Of a stretch of 45,678 bases of DNA, positions 23,324-32,161 are shown one piece after another; position 1 is the stretch's first letter, and each line of letters opens with the position of its first letter. Origin of the DNA: a virus (lineage: Duplodnaviria; Heunggongvirae; Uroviricota; Caudoviricetes); the IMG/VR virus record IMGVR_UViG_2663763326_000005; one strand, written 5' to 3'. Both the position numbers and the translations under genes were made by a program. The notes under the pieces are model-generated. The model had not been told where the DNA came from and made no database searches. It saw nothing but the letters and a program-made list of their open reading frames with translations.

Positions 23324-23650
23324 TCAAGGACGTGACGGCGTAAAGATAAATTGTCTCTTCACTCCCTGACAGGGGCGATTCTTTTCAAATCGCCATTTCG
23401 CCATGGCCTTCACCACTTCATCACGAAACAAATTATGAGGCTCTGAGCGGAGAAAAACGATCCGTGTCACAGTCCCATCAGCACCAATATCGAACTTAAC
23501 CTCAACCAGCCCCTTGATATAATTTGCTGCAGCATATTCCGGATATCGTGGATACACCGTCACTAATTGCCGGGGCTCATCAGCTTTTTGCTGCGAGCAT
23601 CCCACTGCCAGGACAGATAACAGAAAAAGTAGTAAAAGGCGTCTTTTCAT
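23324..23650 (-). CDS. lipoprotein with TonB C-terminal-like domain (putative envelope protein)
   Basis: MKRRLLLLFLLSVLAVGCSQQ (lipobox-like LAVGC), then a TonB C-terminus-like segment (VYPRYPEYAAANYIKGLVEVKFDIGADGTVTRI). Confidence 0.55.
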   Translation of the reverse strand: MKRRLLLLFLLSVLAVGCSQQKADEPRQLVTVYPRYPEYAAANYIKGLVEVKFDIGADGTVTRIVFLRSEPHNLFRDEVVKAMAKWRFEKNRPCQGVKRQFIFTPSRP

Positions 23651-24130
23651 TTTTATTCCTACGGGTCTTATTCTGACAATATATCCTGTGTTCCAGACTG
23701 CCACATCACCACATCCTGTGCCATTATCTGACTCACATTACATACATCGCATCGGGATACAGTAGTAGCACTTTCTGTAATACAGCTTCCTGTTTCTTCC
23801 ACCATCGCACCGGGATAAACCCGCGAATCATTAACGCGGTAAAAACCCGGTGTGCATCGTTTTTAATTATTCCCGCACACTCACGCAGAAGGAATTCCCC
23901 GTCGGGCTACGGTCATGGTTAATGCGGGAATACGGCGACGATACAGCGCAGCTAAAAGGGTAATGGACGGATAGACCGGTTTATTTCATTCCACAGGATT
24001 CTGAGTGTCCCCAACTTCCTCCAATAGTCTGAGCCCACCTGTGTAGTTTTAATTTTCATCAATCCATTTAACTATCGTTTAATTGTTGTCACATAGGATT
24101 CTGCCGTTTTTAACAATGCAGGATAATAAG

Positions 24131-24424
24131 ATGAAAAAAATGTTGTTTTCTGCCGCTCTGGCAATGCTTATTACAGGATGTGCTCAACAGACGTTTACTG
24201 TTGGAAACAAACCTACAGCAGTAACACCAAAGGAAACCATCACCCATCATTTCTTCGTTTCGGGAATTGGGCAGAAGAAAACTGTCGATGCAGCAAAAAT
24301 TTGTGGTGGTGCAGAAAATGTTGTTAAAACAGAAACCCAGCAAACATTCGTAAATGGATTGCTCGGTTTTATTACTTTAGGCATTTATACTCCGCTGGAA
24401 GCGCGTGTGTATTGCTCACAATAA
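24131..24424 (+). CDS. bor: Bor lipoprotein (serum-resistance protein, Iss homolog)
   Basis: MKKMLFSAALAMLITGCAQQTFTVGNKPTAVTPKETITHHFFVSGIGQKKTVDAAKICGGAENVVKTETQQTFVNGLLGFITLGIYTPLEARVYCSQ matches lambda Bor as I recall it; ATG preceded by AGGATAATAAG. Confidence 0.85.
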   Translation: MKKMLFSAALAMLITGCAQQTFTVGNKPTAVTPKETITHHFFVSGIGQKKTVDAAKICGGAENVVKTETQQTFVNGLLGFITLGIYTPLEARVYCSQ

Positions 24425-24455
24425 TTGCATGAGTTGCCCATCGATATGGGCAGCT

Positions 24456-24917
24456 CTATCTGCACTGCTCATTAATATACTTCTGGGTTCCTTCCAGTTG
24501 TTTTTGCATAGTGATCAGCCTCTCTCTGAGGGTGAAATAATCCCGTTCAGCGGTGTCTGCCAGTCGGGGGGAGGCTGCATTATCCACGCCGGAGGCGGTG
24601 GTGGCTTCACGCACTGACTGACAGACTGCTTTGATGTGCAACCGACGACGACCAGCGGCAACATCATCACGCAGAGCATCATTTTCAGCTTTCGCATCAG
24701 CTAACTCCTTCGTGTATTTTGCATCGAGCGCAGCAACATCACGCTGACGCATCTGTATGTCAGTAATTGCCGCGTTCGCCAGCGTCAGTTCTCTGGCATT
24801 TTTGTCGCGCTGGGCTTTGTAGGTAATCGCGTTATCGCGGTAATGATTAACCGCCCATGAAAGGCAGACGATGACGCAGATAACCAGAGCGGAGATAATC
24901 GCGGTTATTCTGCTCAT
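24456..24917 (-). CDS. Rz: i-spanin Rz
   Basis: [97 protein letters not shown] matches lambda Rz. Confidence 0.9.
   Translation of the reverse strand: MSRITAIISALVICVIVCLSWAVNHYRDNAITYKAQRDKNARELTLANAAITDIQMRQRDVAALDAKYTKELADAKAENDALRDDVAAGRRRLHIKAVCQSVREATTASGVDNAASPRLADTAERDYFTLRERLITMQKQLEGTQKYINEQCR
24515..24697 (-). CDS. Rz1: o-spanin Rz1 (embedded in Rz, +1 frame)
   Basis: [60 protein letters not shown]; lipobox and proline-rich as lambda Rz1. Confidence 0.85.
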   Translation of the reverse strand: MRKLKMMLCVMMLPLVVVGCTSKQSVSQCVKPPPPPAWIMQPPPDWQTPLNGIISPSERG

Positions 24918-25390
24918 ACCTCACTCTCTCTGAGCGTTCCGCCAGCTTCTTTGAATTTTGCAATCAGGCTGTCAGCCTTATGCTCGAACTGACCATAACC
25001 AGCGCCCGGCAGTGAAGCCCAGATATTGCTGCAACGGTCGATTGCCTGACGGATATCACCGCGATCAATCATCGGTAAAGCACCACGCTCTTTAATCTGC
25101 TGTAATGCCACTGCGTCCTGGCTTTTGGGGGAGAAGTCTTTCAAACCAAGCTGTTTACGGTAAGCATCCCACCAGCGTGAAAGAAGCTGATAACGTCCGG
25201 CGGCTGTTGATTTGAGTTTGGGGTGTAGCGTGACAAGTTTGCGAGGGTGATCGGAGTAATCAGTAAACAGTTCGCCGCCAACAATAACATCATAACCGTG
25301 GTTACGTGTCGGTTGTCGCCCGTTATCCGTTCCTTCTGACCACGCCAACATATCGAGGAAGGCTTTACGCTGAGGATTAAGATTTTGCAT
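24914..25390 (-). CDS. R: endolysin R (lytic transglycosylase)
   Basis: [85 protein letters not shown] matches lambda R. Confidence 0.9.
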   Translation of the reverse strand: MQNLNPQRKAFLDMLAWSEGTDNGRQPTRNHGYDVIVGGELFTDYSDHPRKLVTLHPKLKSTAAGRYQLLSRWWDAYRKQLGLKDFSPKSQDAVALQQIKERGALPMIDRGDIRQAIDRCSNIWASLPGAGYGQFEHKADSLIAKFKEAGGTLRESEV

Positions 25391-25694
25391 TTTTCACCCC
25401 TGTCAGTCGTTCCCAGAAGTACGTCAGTGCAACCGAACCCATCGCACCACTAATCCCCGCTGTCGCGAGAATCATGTAAATACTGAATCCACTTTCGATG
25501 CTGATCAGGCCACCAATAACACCGGTGAATCCTGATACCACTATTTGAGCCAGAGCATTTATCCAACTCCACGTTGCTTTACTCTGCTTCACATCTATCA
25601 GGTAGCGGACCAGACCGCCCCAACCTGCGATGATCAGCAAAACGAGCCAGAACGCTCCGGCAAGGCTCTCTTTTTCGTGCATATGAATAGCCAA
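25377..25694 (-). CDS. holin (not lambda S-type), possible dual start
   Basis: 105-aa ORF immediately upstream of R with hydrophobic helices (FWLVLLIIAGWGGLV, IVVSGFTGVIGGLISI, IYMILATAGISGAMGSVALT); N-terminus MAIHM has two Mets four codons apart. Confidence 0.7.
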   Translation of the reverse strand: MAIHMHEKESLAGAFWLVLLIIAGWGGLVRYLIDVKQSKATWSWINALAQIVVSGFTGVIGGLISIESGFSIYMILATAGISGAMGSVALTYFWERLTGVKNAKS

Positions 25695-25796
25695 TGTTTC
25701 GCCGCCGACAAAAGGCCGGGACGTTAAATGTCAGAAATCAGGCTCACGGGGTAATTTAACGACAAAGCACGGAGTTGATGCTCCCCGCAAGCCTGG

Positions 25797-25822
25797 AATA
25801 AAAAAGCCAGCATGTAGCTGGC
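25797..25822 (-). terminator. intrinsic terminator in late leader (tR-prime-like)
   Basis: Minus strand GCCAGC-TACAT-GCTGGC followed by TTTTTTATT (plus 25806-25822 stem, A-run 25797-25805), between the Q-position gene and the holin. Confidence 0.7.
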
Positions 25823-25897
25823 AACAGAGGGTTAAGCAATATCAACTCAACAGCTGAAGACACCCTGGCTGGGGTAGGTTGGAAGGCTACTCACCGT

Positions 25898-25936
25898 TCA
25901 GAAACAGAAAAGCCCAAGGCTTTAAACCTCGGGCTT
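25898..25936 (-). terminator. second terminator-like hairpin in late leader
   Basis: Minus strand AAGCCCGAGG-TTTAAAG-CCTTGGGCTT (10-bp stem with one G.U) followed by TTCTGTTTCTG. Confidence 0.45.
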
Positions 25937-26003
25937 GAATTTGGATTACTGCCAGTGCGTACAACATTGGCAAAATATCAGATTTACATAAAATATATGA
26001 TTT

Positions 26004-26693
26004 TTAATCCAGTTTTGCAATATCTTGCTGTGAAAATATGGTCTTTTGTTTTGAACGTGTTTTCGTTAAAAGCAATAAAGCTTGGCTATCAAGCTGTAGA
26101 AAAATGTGCTTCATTGCAACCCAGCGTTCAGTAAATGTCTCAGACCAGTTTTTTGATGTCACTCCCACCAGTGATGCCAGCTCCTGGTATTCATAGGTCT
26201 TACGCCCTGCCAGCTCGTTCTTCACATCCTGTGCCGCCAGCCAGATCAACTTCTTCAAACGTTCCAGTGTTTTACCTGCAATTTTCCTGGTACCCAACAG
26301 AGTCTTAAACTCGCTCCATGCCCACTGCGTTATGGTGACCTGATGTTCCCAGCGAACACTTTCGCTGTAACTCCACAGCAACCACGCTTTCTGATGTTCT
26401 TCGAGAGACAGAACCGCGCGGCGCCATGACGAGGTTGAGAACTCAACCTGGCTGACCAGTGCAATGGATGAACCTTTTGCGTACAACTGCTTACCGGAAA
26501 TCGGCGGATTATCCAGCGTAATCATCCTGCCAGTTACCTCATCCAGAATGCGCGGCTTCTTTCGTTTGTATGTACCAGTATCAAATTGTGCATGCTCCAG
26601 CCAGGCTTCAAGCTGTCCTTTCGTTGCTCCGCTCAAATCAGCGGTAGCCACAATGAGTTGCTCGCGGACATACTGTAAATATTGGGTATTCAT
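26004..26693 (-). CDS. putative late-gene antiterminator at the Q position (non-lambda type, cysteine-free)
   Basis: 229-aa ORF between rusA and the terminator-containing late leader upstream of the holin. Not similar to lambda Q as I recall it and contains no Cys. AAGGAG RBS upstream. Confidence 0.5.
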   Translation of the reverse strand: MNTQYLQYVREQLIVATADLSGATKGQLEAWLEHAQFDTGTYKRKKPRILDEVTGRMITLDNPPISGKQLYAKGSSIALVSQVEFSTSSWRRAVLSLEEHQKAWLLWSYSESVRWEHQVTITQWAWSEFKTLLGTRKIAGKTLERLKKLIWLAAQDVKNELAGRKTYEYQELASLVGVTSKNWSETFTERWVAMKHIFLQLDSQALLLLTKTRSKQKTIFSQQDIAKLD

Positions 26694-26826
26694 GCGGCAG
26701 CTCCTTTCAGTGTTTTGGCGTAATTCTTCAGTATCCGGTAATCGGTCAAAACAGAACTAGGAAAACGATATAAGCGCAGGCGCACCCAGCGGCGGCGAAG
26801 ACGTTCTGCCATATAAGACTCAAACA

Positions 26827-27189
26827 TCATTCATCTCCCAGTTCAGTGATAGTCAGCTCCAGCTTCCCACCTTTGGTAACGGGCATCTTCACAACGCGGT
26901 AATCAACGACCTGAGCATCATCCAGCCAGAAACCTGCTTTGGTGAGTGCGTCAAAAGCGGCCTTTTGCAGATTATCAAGGTCACGGCGACGGCGATCCGG
27001 CATGTGGCACTCAATGCTGATTTTCACAGGAATAGCCAGGCCGATATCCAGCATTGCGTTTTTAATGATTCGGGCGACATTATCGCGGTATGCCTGCCCC
27101 TCTGCGCTGATATGCGTGCGTCCGCGATTATGGCGGTAATAGCGATTATTGCTCGGCGGCCAGGGTAGTGTGATGCAGTAAGTATTCAC
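26827..27189 (-). CDS. rusA: Holliday junction resolvase RusA
   Basis: [94 protein letters not shown]; RusA-family signature. Confidence 0.85.
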   Translation of the reverse strand: MNTYCITLPWPPSNNRYYRHNRGRTHISAEGQAYRDNVARIIKNAMLDIGLAIPVKISIECHMPDRRRRDLDNLQKAAFDALTKAGFWLDDAQVVDYRVVKMPVTKGGKLELTITELGDE

Positions 27190-27476
27190 GCCTTAATTAC
27201 CCCCTCTTTCAGCCAGATAACCTGTGTTCTCGCCATACCTTCCAGCGCACATTCTTTTGCATATCCAGCGTCAACAAAATGCGTGCGACGGTCGATTTCG
27301 TCGTGGCAGGCAGAACATGCAATGGTGGCAATCAGGTCTGGCGGTTTGATACCGGTACCGCACAATCCAGCCAGCCGGATATGTGCCAGTACTGACGTTT
27401 CAGGATTGCCATTACATACGCCAGGGATTCTTACCTGGCATTCCCGACCACGCGCTGCTTTTCTCAAGTCAGCCAT
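27186..27476 (-). CDS. ybcO: YbcO-like nin-region protein (DUF1364-type, putative nuclease)
   Basis: [64 protein letters not shown]; Cys/His-rich. Start chosen at internal Met overlapping the ninE stop; stop overlaps rusA start. Confidence 0.65.
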   Translation of the reverse strand: MADLRKAARGRECQVRIPGVCNGNPETSVLAHIRLAGLCGTGIKPPDLIATIACSACHDEIDRRTHFVDAGYAKECALEGMARTQVIWLKEGVIKA

Positions 27477-27639
27477 GATTCCTCCTTGCTGCCAGTCGCA
27501 ACCATTTTTTATCAACCAGGCTGGCGGTATATCCGAGCAGTGTTGGTATTTCGGATGGTTTCAGCTCAGGCTTACGCTTACGACGATTTGGTACTCTGTA
27601 GATGTGTCCGTTCATGACACGAATAAGCGGTGTAGCCAT
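27469..27639 (-). CDS. ninE: NinE-like small protein (56 aa)
   Basis: Hand-translated: [56 protein letters not shown]. Basic, lambda NinE-like C-terminus (W-L-R-.-.-A-R). ATG overlaps the ybcN stop (TAATG). Below the ORF-track length cutoff. Confidence 0.5.
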   Translation of the reverse strand: MATPLIRVMNGHIYRVPNRRKRKPELKPSEIPTLLGYTASLVDKKWLRLAARRNHG

Positions 27640-28094
27640 TACGCCTCCTGCTTGTCGCGCAGCAGCTGGAACTCGCAGCTCTGCGGAATAGTCAGGTGGC
27701 AGCCAATATTCACCGCCCAGGCTTCAACCTTACACAGGAAGACATACATCTCTCCGGTATCGAGATCGGAGGTATGGCGTAACGACTGGATAGTAGTGAT
27801 TTCGCCGGTTACGACATCAACCAGGTCCTTGGTTTCATAACCGAGGTATGTGTGTTTGAGAGCATCTTTTACCCATGCTGCGGTAGCGAACGATTTCCCC
27901 CTGCTGATGAGGTATTCACTGATTTCGCTGTACCACATGTGGCTGAGTGCATTCTGGGAAAGACTGCGTTTCTCACGCCACGGTTTAAGCACCATGCGAA
28001 AGCATTTTCCGTTCTCCAGATAAGGCTGGATCTGCTGGCCGATAGCGATGAAGTTACCGCGATGCAGTTTGATGCCATCTTGTGGTAGGTTCAC
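27639..28094 (-). CDS. ybcN: YbcN-like nin-region protein
   Basis: [71 protein letters not shown].. resembles DLP12 YbcN as I recall it. Confidence 0.7.
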   Translation of the reverse strand: MNLPQDGIKLHRGNFIAIGQQIQPYLENGKCFRMVLKPWREKRSLSQNALSHMWYSEISEYLISRGKSFATAAWVKDALKHTYLGYETKDLVDVVTGEITTIQSLRHTSDLDTGEMYVFLCKVEAWAVNIGCHLTIPQSCEFQLLRDKQEA

Positions 28095-28541
28095 GCTTCA
28101 CCTCCACAGAGGTCAGACGCTAGATGCAAAAAAACGCAGGTGCATTTCTGCATCTGTGAAGGGAGAAGAGAGTTTGGATTGTGTGTGCGCATAAACGTCC
28201 CCGTTTAGCGCAGAAGTCACCGGAGTTGTTCAGGCTCCGGTGATACAATTATGGCGAATTGATTATTCATAATCAAACAAGATAAGGTCTCAAACTTCAT
28301 GCAAGCCAAGATTTATTTCTGACAGAATTATACAAAGAAGCTATTGGTCAGAATCTACTCGGACTGTAAAACATACGCATAACCTTAAGCTCTCACTTTA
28401 AGCATTGTTGAAATAATAGCCGTCAAGTACAACCTTAACCACGACTGGGATATTTCCCTGGCTACCACGAGTTGTACGGCTATTAAACTGCCGTTAAATT
28501 TAGTAAGAGAATTTCATCCGATAAGTCAAGGCATGTAAAAC

Positions 28542-29573
28542 ATGAAAATTAACAAGATATTATCATCTGCAACACTATTGTATGGTATGTCAATGGCCAT
28601 GTCGGTCGGGAGTTGTGCAACACCTGTCCAGACTAATCTTCCTGGTTACACCCCGGGTGCAGATATCATTAGTGTTTCACCGACCAGAAACCAGGTCGAT
28701 CTCATTGGTGATGTTGTTTATTCCCAGATAAAAGGAACTCGTTCTGTCAGACAGCTTCACATGTCAGTTCTTGTCCCGCGAACAAATGATTTAAAACCAG
28801 CCATTATTTATTATCCCGGCGGCGGATTCATGTCTTCTGAACATGACAAATTTATTGAAATGAGAATGGCTCTGGCAGAAGCTGGTTTTGTTGTGGCCGC
28901 TGTAGAATACAGAACAATTCCTGATACATTTCCAGCACCAGTTGAGGATGGAAAAGCTGCAATACGTTACCTGAGAGAGCATGCCAGCAATTATGGGATT
29001 GATCCTCAAAGAATCGGAGTTCTGGGTGACTCTGCCGGTGGATGGCTTGCCCAGATGATGGGAACTACAAATGGTGACAAAACCTTTGATAAAGGTGACT
29101 TTCTTCAGCAATCCTCAGATGTTCAGGCAGTTGCCACACTTTATGGGATTTCTGACTTGTTGAATATTGGCGAGGGGTTCCCTGAATCAGTGCAGGAGGT
29201 TCATCGCTCTCCTGCCGTAACCGAAGCCTTAATGATCAATGGCCCTGCATTCAGAAATTTTGCGGGAGCCCCCATCACAGCGTCAAAAGAAAAAGCGCTA
29301 AACGCCAGTCCAATCGGACATATGAAAGGAGTAAAACCCCCATTTCTTATTATGCATGGTAGCAAAGACACTCTGGTTTCACCTGAGCAAAGCGCCAAAC
29401 TATTCAGGATGTTGAAGAAGAACGGTGATAACGCTGAGTACGTGCTGGTAGAAGGGGCCGAGCATGGCGATAAGACATGGTATCAGCCAATTATTATAAA
29501 CAGAGTCGTTGAGTGGTTTACTAAAAACCTGGGAGCGCCTATAAAAACAGCTCCCCAACAACAAAACCCGTAA
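28542..29573 (+). CDS. secreted alpha/beta-hydrolase (esterase/lipase-like), 3-prime end clipped by IS insertion
   Basis: Signal-peptide-like N-terminus MKINKILSSATLLYGMSMAMSVGSCA; oxyanion-hole-like YYPGGGF; nucleophile-elbow-like GDSAGG; later H/D candidates (HGSKDT, AEHGD). The stop TAA (29571-29573) lies inside the IS66 left end. Confidence 0.7.
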   Translation: MKINKILSSATLLYGMSMAMSVGSCATPVQTNLPGYTPGADIISVSPTRNQVDLIGDVVYSQIKGTRSVRQLHMSVLVPRTNDLKPAIIYYPGGGFMSSEHDKFIEMRMALAEAGFVVAAVEYRTIPDTFPAPVEDGKAAIRYLREHASNYGIDPQRIGVLGDSAGGWLAQMMGTTNGDKTFDKGDFLQQSSDVQAVATLYGISDLLNIGEGFPESVQEVHRSPAVTEALMINGPAFRNFAGAPITASKEKALNASPIGHMKGVKPPFLIMHGSKDTLVSPEQSAKLFRMLKKNGDNAEYVLVEGAEHGDKTWYQPIIINRVVEWFTKNLGAPIKTAPQQQNP

Positions 29574-29599
29574 GCGTCAACGGAGCACCGTATTGACGC

Positions 29600-31213
29600 T
29601 TATTTATTGGTGAGTACTACGTTCCATGGCAGGAGTTCGTCAACTCGGTTGGAAGGCCATTCCGGCAGTACGCTCAGGATATGGCGCAGATACGCTTCCG
29701 GATCGATACCGTTCAGACGGCAGGTGCCGATCAGCCCGTACAACAGTGCTCCACGCTCGCCGCCGTGATCGCTGCCAAAGAACATAAAGTTTTTCTTTCC
29801 GAGACAGACTGCACGAAGCGCTCTTTCCGCAGCATTATTATCCGCCTCCGCCAGACCGTCATCACTGTAATAACAGAGGGCATCCCACTGATTCAGTACA
29901 TAGCTGAACGCTTCGCCCAGTCTGGATTTTTTCGACAGCGTACCATTCTTCTCCACCATCCATTCATGCAGCGACGTCAGTAACACTTTGCTTCGCTGCT
30001 GCCTGACGGCAAGACGCTCTGACTCCGGTAATCCCCGTATTTCATCCTCGATGGCGTACAGTTCACTGATTCGCTTCAGGGCTTCTTCTGCCGTCGCACT
30101 TTTGCTGCTGATGTATACATCGTGGATTTTTCGCCGGGCATGGGCCCAGCACGCAACTTCTGTCAGTGCACCACCTTCACGTTCTGCACTGAACAACCTG
30201 TCGTAACCTGTGAACGCATCCGCCTGCAGGATACCCCGGAAGGGGCGGAGGTGTTGCTCCGGGTGTTTCCCCTGCCGGTTCGGCGAGTACGCGAACCAGA
30301 CCGCTGGAGGAGATGACGAACCCACATTGCGATCATCCCGGACATACGTCCAGATACGCCCTGTTTTCGCCTTTTTCTGACCCGGTGCCAGTACCTTTAC
30401 CGGTGTGTCATCAGTGTGAACCTTGCGGGTGTTCATTACATAACGGTACAGGGCATCATTCACCGGTGTCATTAACTGGCAGCACGCGTCAACCCAGTTG
30501 GAGAGTAAGGCCCGGCTCAGTTCGACACCCTGGCGGGCAAAGATTTCACTCTGACGATACAGTGGCAGATGTTCGCAGTATTTTCCCGTTAACACGCGGG
30601 CAAGTAATCCGGGGCCCGCGATACCACGCTCTATCGGGCGGGACGGCGCCGGTGCTTCAACAATACAGTCACATTTTGTACAGGCTTTTTTTACCCGTTC
30701 TGTGCGGATCACTTTCAGGGCACTGCTCACCAGTTCCAGCTGTTCAGCGCTGACTTCCCCCAGATAATCCAGCTCACCGCCACACTCCGGGCAACAGCTT
30801 TCTTCTGGCTCCAGGCGGTGTATTTCACGGGGAAGGTGTGCCGGTAACGGACGACGATGGCGCGACTGTCGCAACTGGCGGGGAACCTGAGGATCGTCTT
30901 CCCGCCCACTGTAACGATCGCTGTCCTGTTCACGTTGTTTCAGCAGAGCCTCAGCCAGTTCAACTTCACGACGCAGTTTTTCAGAACGGGTACCGAACAG
31001 CATCCGGCGCAGTTTTTCTATCTGAGCCCGCAGATGTTCTATTTCCCGTTCATCTTCTTCGATCTTTTCTTCGGCACGTGTCAGTGCAGAGCGCAGGAAG
31101 GCTTCCGTCTCTTCAACCAGACTCAGTTGCTGGTCTTTCTGACGGAGGGCTTCAGCCTGCTCAGAGAGCAACCTTTCCAGCTCTGCGATGCGAATGAGGT
31201 ATTTCTGACTCAT
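29600..31213 (-). CDS. IS66-family transposase (TnpC/Orf3)
   Basis: 537-aa ORF with N-terminal coiled-coil/leucine-zipper-like region, Cys cluster (CPECGGEL, CTKCDC) and DDE-type core typical of IS66 transposases. Confidence 0.85.
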   Translation of the reverse strand: MSQKYLIRIAELERLLSEQAEALRQKDQQLSLVEETEAFLRSALTRAEEKIEEDEREIEHLRAQIEKLRRMLFGTRSEKLRREVELAEALLKQREQDSDRYSGREDDPQVPRQLRQSRHRRPLPAHLPREIHRLEPEESCCPECGGELDYLGEVSAEQLELVSSALKVIRTERVKKACTKCDCIVEAPAPSRPIERGIAGPGLLARVLTGKYCEHLPLYRQSEIFARQGVELSRALLSNWVDACCQLMTPVNDALYRYVMNTRKVHTDDTPVKVLAPGQKKAKTGRIWTYVRDDRNVGSSSPPAVWFAYSPNRQGKHPEQHLRPFRGILQADAFTGYDRLFSAEREGGALTEVACWAHARRKIHDVYISSKSATAEEALKRISELYAIEDEIRGLPESERLAVRQQRSKVLLTSLHEWMVEKNGTLSKKSRLGEAFSYVLNQWDALCYYSDDGLAEADNNAAERALRAVCLGKKNFMFFGSDHGGERGALLYGLIGTCRLNGIDPEAYLRHILSVLPEWPSNRVDELLPWNVVLTNK

Positions 31214-31243
31214 GACCGTTTTTATAATGCGGTCAGGAGTTTT

Positions 31244-31594
31244 TTACAACATTGTCAGTGAGTTACGGCTGGATGTTTTTGGCTGACGCCAGTCCAGCTT
31301 ATCGAGGAGCATTGCCAGTTGCGAGCGGGTAATGGATACCTTGCCGTCACGTACCGCAGGCCAGATAAACTGGCCTTCCTCCAGGCGTTTGGTGAACAGG
31401 CACAGACCATCAGCATCAGCCCAAAGAATTTTGACGGTGTCACCCCGTCGGCCACGGAAGATAAACAGGTGACCGGAGAAGGGATTATCATTCAGCACAT
31501 GTTGTACCTGTTCTCCCAGTCCGTTGAAGGATTTACGCATATCGGTAACGCCGGCAACGAGCCAGATACGGGTACCTGATGGGAGTGAGATCAT
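31244..31594 (-). CDS. IS66-family accessory protein TnpB (Orf2)
   Basis: MISLPSGTRIWLVAGVTDMRKSFNGLGEQVQHVLNDNPFSGHLFIFRGRRGDTVKILWADADGLCLFTKRLEEGQFIWP; typical IS66 Orf2. Confidence 0.85.
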   Translation of the reverse strand: MISLPSGTRIWLVAGVTDMRKSFNGLGEQVQHVLNDNPFSGHLFIFRGRRGDTVKILWADADGLCLFTKRLEEGQFIWPAVRDGKVSITRSQLAMLLDKLDWRQPKTSSRNSLTML

Positions 31595-32016
31595 CTTCCC
31601 CTCCCGGTCAGTTCACGGATCAACACTGTGAGCAGCTCTGGCGATGGATTTTCCAGCGTCATGTTACCGTGACGGAATTCCACCTTGCAGGAACTGGCAC
31701 TGACTCTGGTCTGAGTGGAAGTGGATAAAGACGGCGCAATGGCCGCCACAGGTTCTTTCTGCTCATCCGGCGTTATTTCTACAGGTAATAATTCAACGCC
31801 AGTGTCAGAAGAGGTCGTTACCGGAAGACGCCGCGAAACACGCCCTTCGTTCTGCCAGAGCCTGAGCCATTTGAAAATAACATTATCATTGACGCCATTT
31901 TCACGTGCAATCTGTGCAACACAAGCTCCAGGTTGTGATGCCAGTTCCACCATACGAAGTTTGAATTCATTCGAATAGTTTTTACGAGGTTCTTTTCGCC
32001 AGTCCTGTAATTCCAT
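31591..32016 (-). CDS. IS66-family accessory protein TnpA (Orf1)
   Basis: 141-aa ORF with HTH-like segment (ASQPGACVAQIARENGVNDNVIFKWLRLW); overlaps TnpB start (ATGA). Confidence 0.8.
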   Translation of the reverse strand: MELQDWRKEPRKNYSNEFKLRMVELASQPGACVAQIARENGVNDNVIFKWLRLWQNEGRVSRRLPVTTSSDTGVELLPVEITPDEQKEPVAAIAPSLSTSTQTRVSASSCKVEFRHGNMTLENPSPELLTVLIRELTGRGR

Positions 32017-32130
32017 ACTTAGATGTCCGTCTATATCAGATGGGCGTCTAAGTTACCAATTCTCGTCTGATGGCTACATACGGCGGTCAGTTTACGCTTA
32101 CCAAAACCCAAACGCTAACCTGTAAAAAGA

Positions 32131-32149
32131 GGGAGGGCTAAGCCCTCCC
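32131..32149. terminator. bidirectional intrinsic terminator shared by the hydrolase (pre-insertion) and the adhesin gene
   Basis: GGGAGGGC-TAA-GCCCTCCC. On the minus strand it directly follows the adhesin stop and is followed by TCTTTTTAC; on plus it is followed by CATTCAATTTTG. Confidence 0.75.
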
Positions 32150-32161
32150 CATTCAATTTTG

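Larger units (their letters stand above)
29570..32101 (-). mobile_element. IS66-family insertion sequence (2532 bp) with 8-bp target duplication CAAAACCC
   Basis: Ends GTAAGCGTCAACGGAGCACCGTAT (29570-) and reverse complement GTAAGCGTAAACTGACCGCCGTAT (-32101) are imperfect inverted repeats. CAAAACCC occurs at 29562-29569 and 32102-32109. Three IS66-type ORFs inside. Confidence 0.85.

Noticed and set aside
24435-24452. Hairpin TGCCCAT-CGAT-ATGGGCA between bor and Rz as a terminator
   Set aside because: Perfect 7-bp stem but no U-tract on either strand; at most a weak convergent-transcription barrier.
22400-28100. tRNA genes, as in some lambdoid phages downstream of Q
   Set aside because: No cloverleaf-like segment recognised by eye in the non-coding stretches; cannot be excluded without a tRNA scan.
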